Part shown: positions 1 through 1,218 of the stretch, in pieces
Layout of the letters: each line of letters starts with the position of its first letter
Numbering within the stretch: the first letter of the stretch is position 1
From: Naegleria gruberi
Taxonomy: Eukaryota
Assembly (NCBI GenBank): GCA_000004985.1
Contig: GG739496.1
Strand: one strand, 5' to 3'
DNA length: 1,218 nt
Notes under the pieces: generated by a model
Database searches by the model: none
What the model was told of the DNA's origin: nothing
The model's input: only the letters and a program-made list of their open reading frames with translations
Made by a program: the position numbers and the translations under genes

Positions 1-23
1 GGGATTCGTGACAATTTGGGTTT

Positions 24-386
24 GTGATTGATTTTGTGAATAGTTTGGAGTCACTTTCGGTCAAGATTAAGGAGTATTCTGATAGATTGTTATTAGTTGT
101 TTCGAATAATGACCTTTCCACGTATTCTTTATTTAGTCATTTTGAAAATTCGAAACAAGGTAAAATTCCATTCTGTTCTGAAAGTGAAATTCCAATTCAT
201 TTGTATGAAAGAAATGAGGTGTACTTTATTCATAAAAAAATATTCAACATTCTTCTACTCAAGGAGGACATGATGATTTTCGGAGTGGTTTTACATAATG
301 AAACCACCAAACTTTCACATCATCATCTCAACATGATCTATATAGTAGTAATAATAGTAATTTTTATTGGTGGATTATCATCATGA
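24..386 (+). CDS. Questionable 120-codon ORF (GTG start). No recognisable domain and a low-complexity, AT-codon-driven composition (runs of I/V/L/N/K/H). Probably spurious.
   Basis: From the provided ORF track. The start is GTG at 24-26 with no upstream ribosome-binding site (preceding sequence is tttgggttt). The stop is TGA at 384-386. Protein shows no catalytic or binding motif I can recognise. Confidence 0.12.
   Translation: MIDFVNSLESLSVKIKEYSDRLLLVVSNNDLSTYSLFSHFENSKQGKIPFCSESEIPIHLYERNEVYFIHKKIFNILLLKEDMMIFGVVLHNETTKLSHHHLNMIYIVVIIVIFIGGLSS
184..201. repeat. TGAAATTCCAATTCATTT, a member of the AAATTCCA / TGGAATTT motif family. A related copy lies at 385-402, plus aaaattcca at 162-170.
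   Basis: 184-201 and 385-402 (tgaaattggaatttattt) match at 15 of 18 positions. The core aaattggaattt at 388-399 is the reverse complement of aaattccaattt. Confidence 0.4.
262..267 (+). promoter_or_regulatory. Shine-Dalgarno-like hexamer AGGAGG. Spacing is 2 nt to the first ATG and 5 nt to the second.
   Basis: The sequence reads aaggaggacATGATG. It is meaningful only if the locus is prokaryotic or organellar. A single AGGAGG is not improbable by chance in 1.2 kb. Confidence 0.12.
270..386 (+). CDS. Nested 38-aa small ORF (MMIFGVVLHNETTKLSHHHLNMIYIVVIIVIFIGGLSS) with a strongly hydrophobic C-terminal half. A candidate small membrane peptide only if the locus is prokaryotic or organellar.
   Basis: Tandem in-frame ATGs at 270-272 and 273-275 lie immediately downstream of a perfect AGGAGG at 262-267. 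The stop is TGA at 384-386. The stretch IYIVVIIVIFIGG is transmembrane-like. Confidence 0.1.
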   Translation: MMIFGVVLHNETTKLSHHHLNMIYIVVIIVIFIGGLSS

Positions 387-410
387 AATTGGAATTTATT
401 TTTCATGATG
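379..410. repeat. Perfect 10-bp inverted repeat, CATCATGAAA (379-388) and TTTCATGATG (401-410), with a 12-nt spacer. It is a potential stem-loop overlapping the ORF stop codon.
   Basis: Reverse complement of 379-388 equals 401-410 exactly. The stem is AT-rich (7/10 AT) and there is no U-tract after the 3' arm on either strand. Confidence 0.5.
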
Positions 411-417
411 GAAAATC

Positions 418-428
418 ACAAGTTGGTG
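418..428 (+). repeat. Copy 1 of the recurring motif (A)CAAGTTGG(TG).
   Basis: acaagttgg lies at 418-426 and caagttggtg at 419-428. Identical 9-mer at 558-566. The 10-mer caagttggtg is the exact reverse complement of 707-716. Confidence 0.45.
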
Positions 429-541
429 TTCCATCATCGGATCATTCACCAACCATCATCATTATTGTTTTCCATCAATAATTAATTTTTAGTAATGCAA
501 TTTTGGTTGAAATGTCAAAATTTTCACTAAATTCATCATCA

Positions 542-559
542 CTACTGGATCTACTGGAC
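542..559 (+). repeat. Tandem direct repeat of a 9-mer: CTACTGGAT then CTACTGGAC, two adjacent copies.
   Basis: Positions 542-550 and 551-559 differ at one base. Both are preceded by cacta/ctact-like sequence. Confidence 0.5.
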
Positions 560-566
560 AAGTTGG
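558..566 (+). repeat. Copy 2 of ACAAGTTGG, in direct orientation.
   Basis: Exact 9-mer match to 418-426. Confidence 0.45.
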
Positions 567-706
567 AAAACTGTCAATGTAGTATTGTTCGGAATGGTCA
601 ATAGTAGGTAGGAGAACTTTCTCTTATCAATTTTGGTCAAGTTATGATAGGGATAGGTACATGTGAATTTTGAAAAAGTACTTGGACCATAACTCAACAT
701 GTACTT

Positions 707-716
707 CACCAACTTG
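707..716 (-). repeat. Copy 3 of CAAGTTGGTG, inverted. The plus strand reads caccaacttg.
   Basis: The reverse complement of 707-716 is caagttggtg, identical to 419-428. Confidence 0.45.
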
Positions 717-747
717 AATCATGTCTTTTAGTACTACTATTTAAATA

Positions 748-772
748 GATAATAAACATCATATTTATTATC
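748..772. repeat. AT-rich hairpin-capable palindrome: GATAATAAA (748-756), a 7-nt loop CATCATA, then TTTATTATC (764-772).
   Basis: The arms are exact reverse complements over 9 bp. This is seen directly in the sequence. Confidence 0.45.
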
Positions 773-1171
773 AGATTTTCGTCATGTTGTCAATTTACCA
801 AGTTCCGATATTTCATGCTACCAGAGTTGATTCATAGCCCAATTACAAATCAAACAGCAATAAAACAATAATTCATAATGTTTATTATGTTATTAAATGT
901 ATAATTTCGAGTCTTGTAGCATAATTTGTGAAAATCATGGATATCTGATTTTCATGTTTTTATTGTTTTTCTCATGATGGGATATTGCCTTCTCACTGAA
1001 ACATCACGAAATAGCATGTCATTCATCCATTCTCTACCAGATAATTATCTTTTCCTGTAATTTTCAATATTGGATATATTACTTTTAATATTTGTGATAC
1101 TTTACTATTATATTCAATGAATAAGGGATGAGAAACATTCATTAGAAGAAGATAGATTCCCAGTGATATAT

Positions 1172-1180
1172 TCTCTCTCT
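1172..1180. repeat. Short (TC)n microsatellite: tctctctct.
   Basis: Seen directly in the sequence. Short dinucleotide runs like this are common in eukaryotic non-coding DNA. Confidence 0.5.
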
Positions 1181-1218
1181 GTACAATTTATTATTTCAAT
1201 ATCTGACAAATTAATTGA

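Noticed and set aside
98-109. tRNA T-arm-like string gtttcgaataat (resembles GGTTCGAATCC)
   Set aside because: It is an imperfect match, and no acceptor-stem, D-arm or anticodon-arm complementarity can be built around it.
234-240. A7 homopolymer (cataaaaaaatatt) as a frameshift or phase-variation site inside the ORF
   Set aside because: The enclosing ORF is itself unsupported. A 7-nt A run is unremarkable in AT-rich sequence.
270-276. C/D-box snoRNA (aTGATGA C-box-like at 270-276; similar ATGATG at 405-410 and 975-980)
   Set aside because: No CTGA D-box at the expected 60-150 nt downstream, and none on the minus strand in the mirrored orientation. No terminal stem pairing the ends. ATGATG simply recurs because CATCAT/ATGATG is a common word here.
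24-386. 120-aa ORF as a genuine protein-coding gene
   Set aside because: It has a GTG start and no credible upstream signals. The translation is dominated by AT-rich codons (I, N, K, L, F, Y, H) with no recognisable domain. An ORF of this length arises easily in the one frame that happens to lack TAA/TAG/TGA. It is kept only as a very low-confidence feature.
379-410. Rho-independent terminator after the ORF
   Set aside because: The inverted repeat is real, but the stem is AT-rich (weak) and is not followed by a T-tract on the plus strand (gaaaatcac), nor on the minus strand. It does not meet intrinsic-terminator criteria.
738-747. TATA-box candidates (tatttaaata at 738-747; tatata at 341-346)
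   Set aside because: In roughly 30%-GC DNA, TATA-like strings occur by chance every few hundred bp. No downstream ORF or initiator context supports a promoter call.
1-1218. CRISPR array, insertion sequence or transposon, or MITE terminal inverted repeats
   Set aside because: There are no regularly spaced repeats of 24-48 bp with unique spacers. There are no long terminal inverted repeats, no target-site duplications and no transposase-like ORF. Only short (8-10 bp) dispersed words recur.

Overview
This 1218-bp window is AT-rich (about 30% GC by hand count) and looks non-coding. The only ORF in the six-frame track (24..386, +) starts on GTG, and its translation is low-complexity. It shows no motif I recognise and is most likely a composition artefact. 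Both strands are otherwise closed by frequent stop codons. The rest of the window is dense with short dispersed direct and inverted repeats: CAAGTTGG(TG) x3, AAATTCCA x3, TCATGATGG x2, CAATTTTGGT x2, a tandem 9-mer, several AT-rich palindromes, a short (TC)n run and an A7 run. This low coding density and the mini-satellite-like texture fit eukaryotic intergenic, intronic or promoter DNA from, for example, a nematode, plant or insect. They fit a prokaryotic coding region poorly. I see no tRNA, rRNA, CRISPR array, transposon termini or recognisable protein domain. The one signal that looks prokaryotic is a perfect AGGAGG a few bases upstream of tandem ATGs. These open a 38-codon hydrophobic ORF that ends inside a 10-bp inverted repeat, and I flag it as a speculative candidate only. 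Nothing here can be firmly called a novel system from sequence alone.
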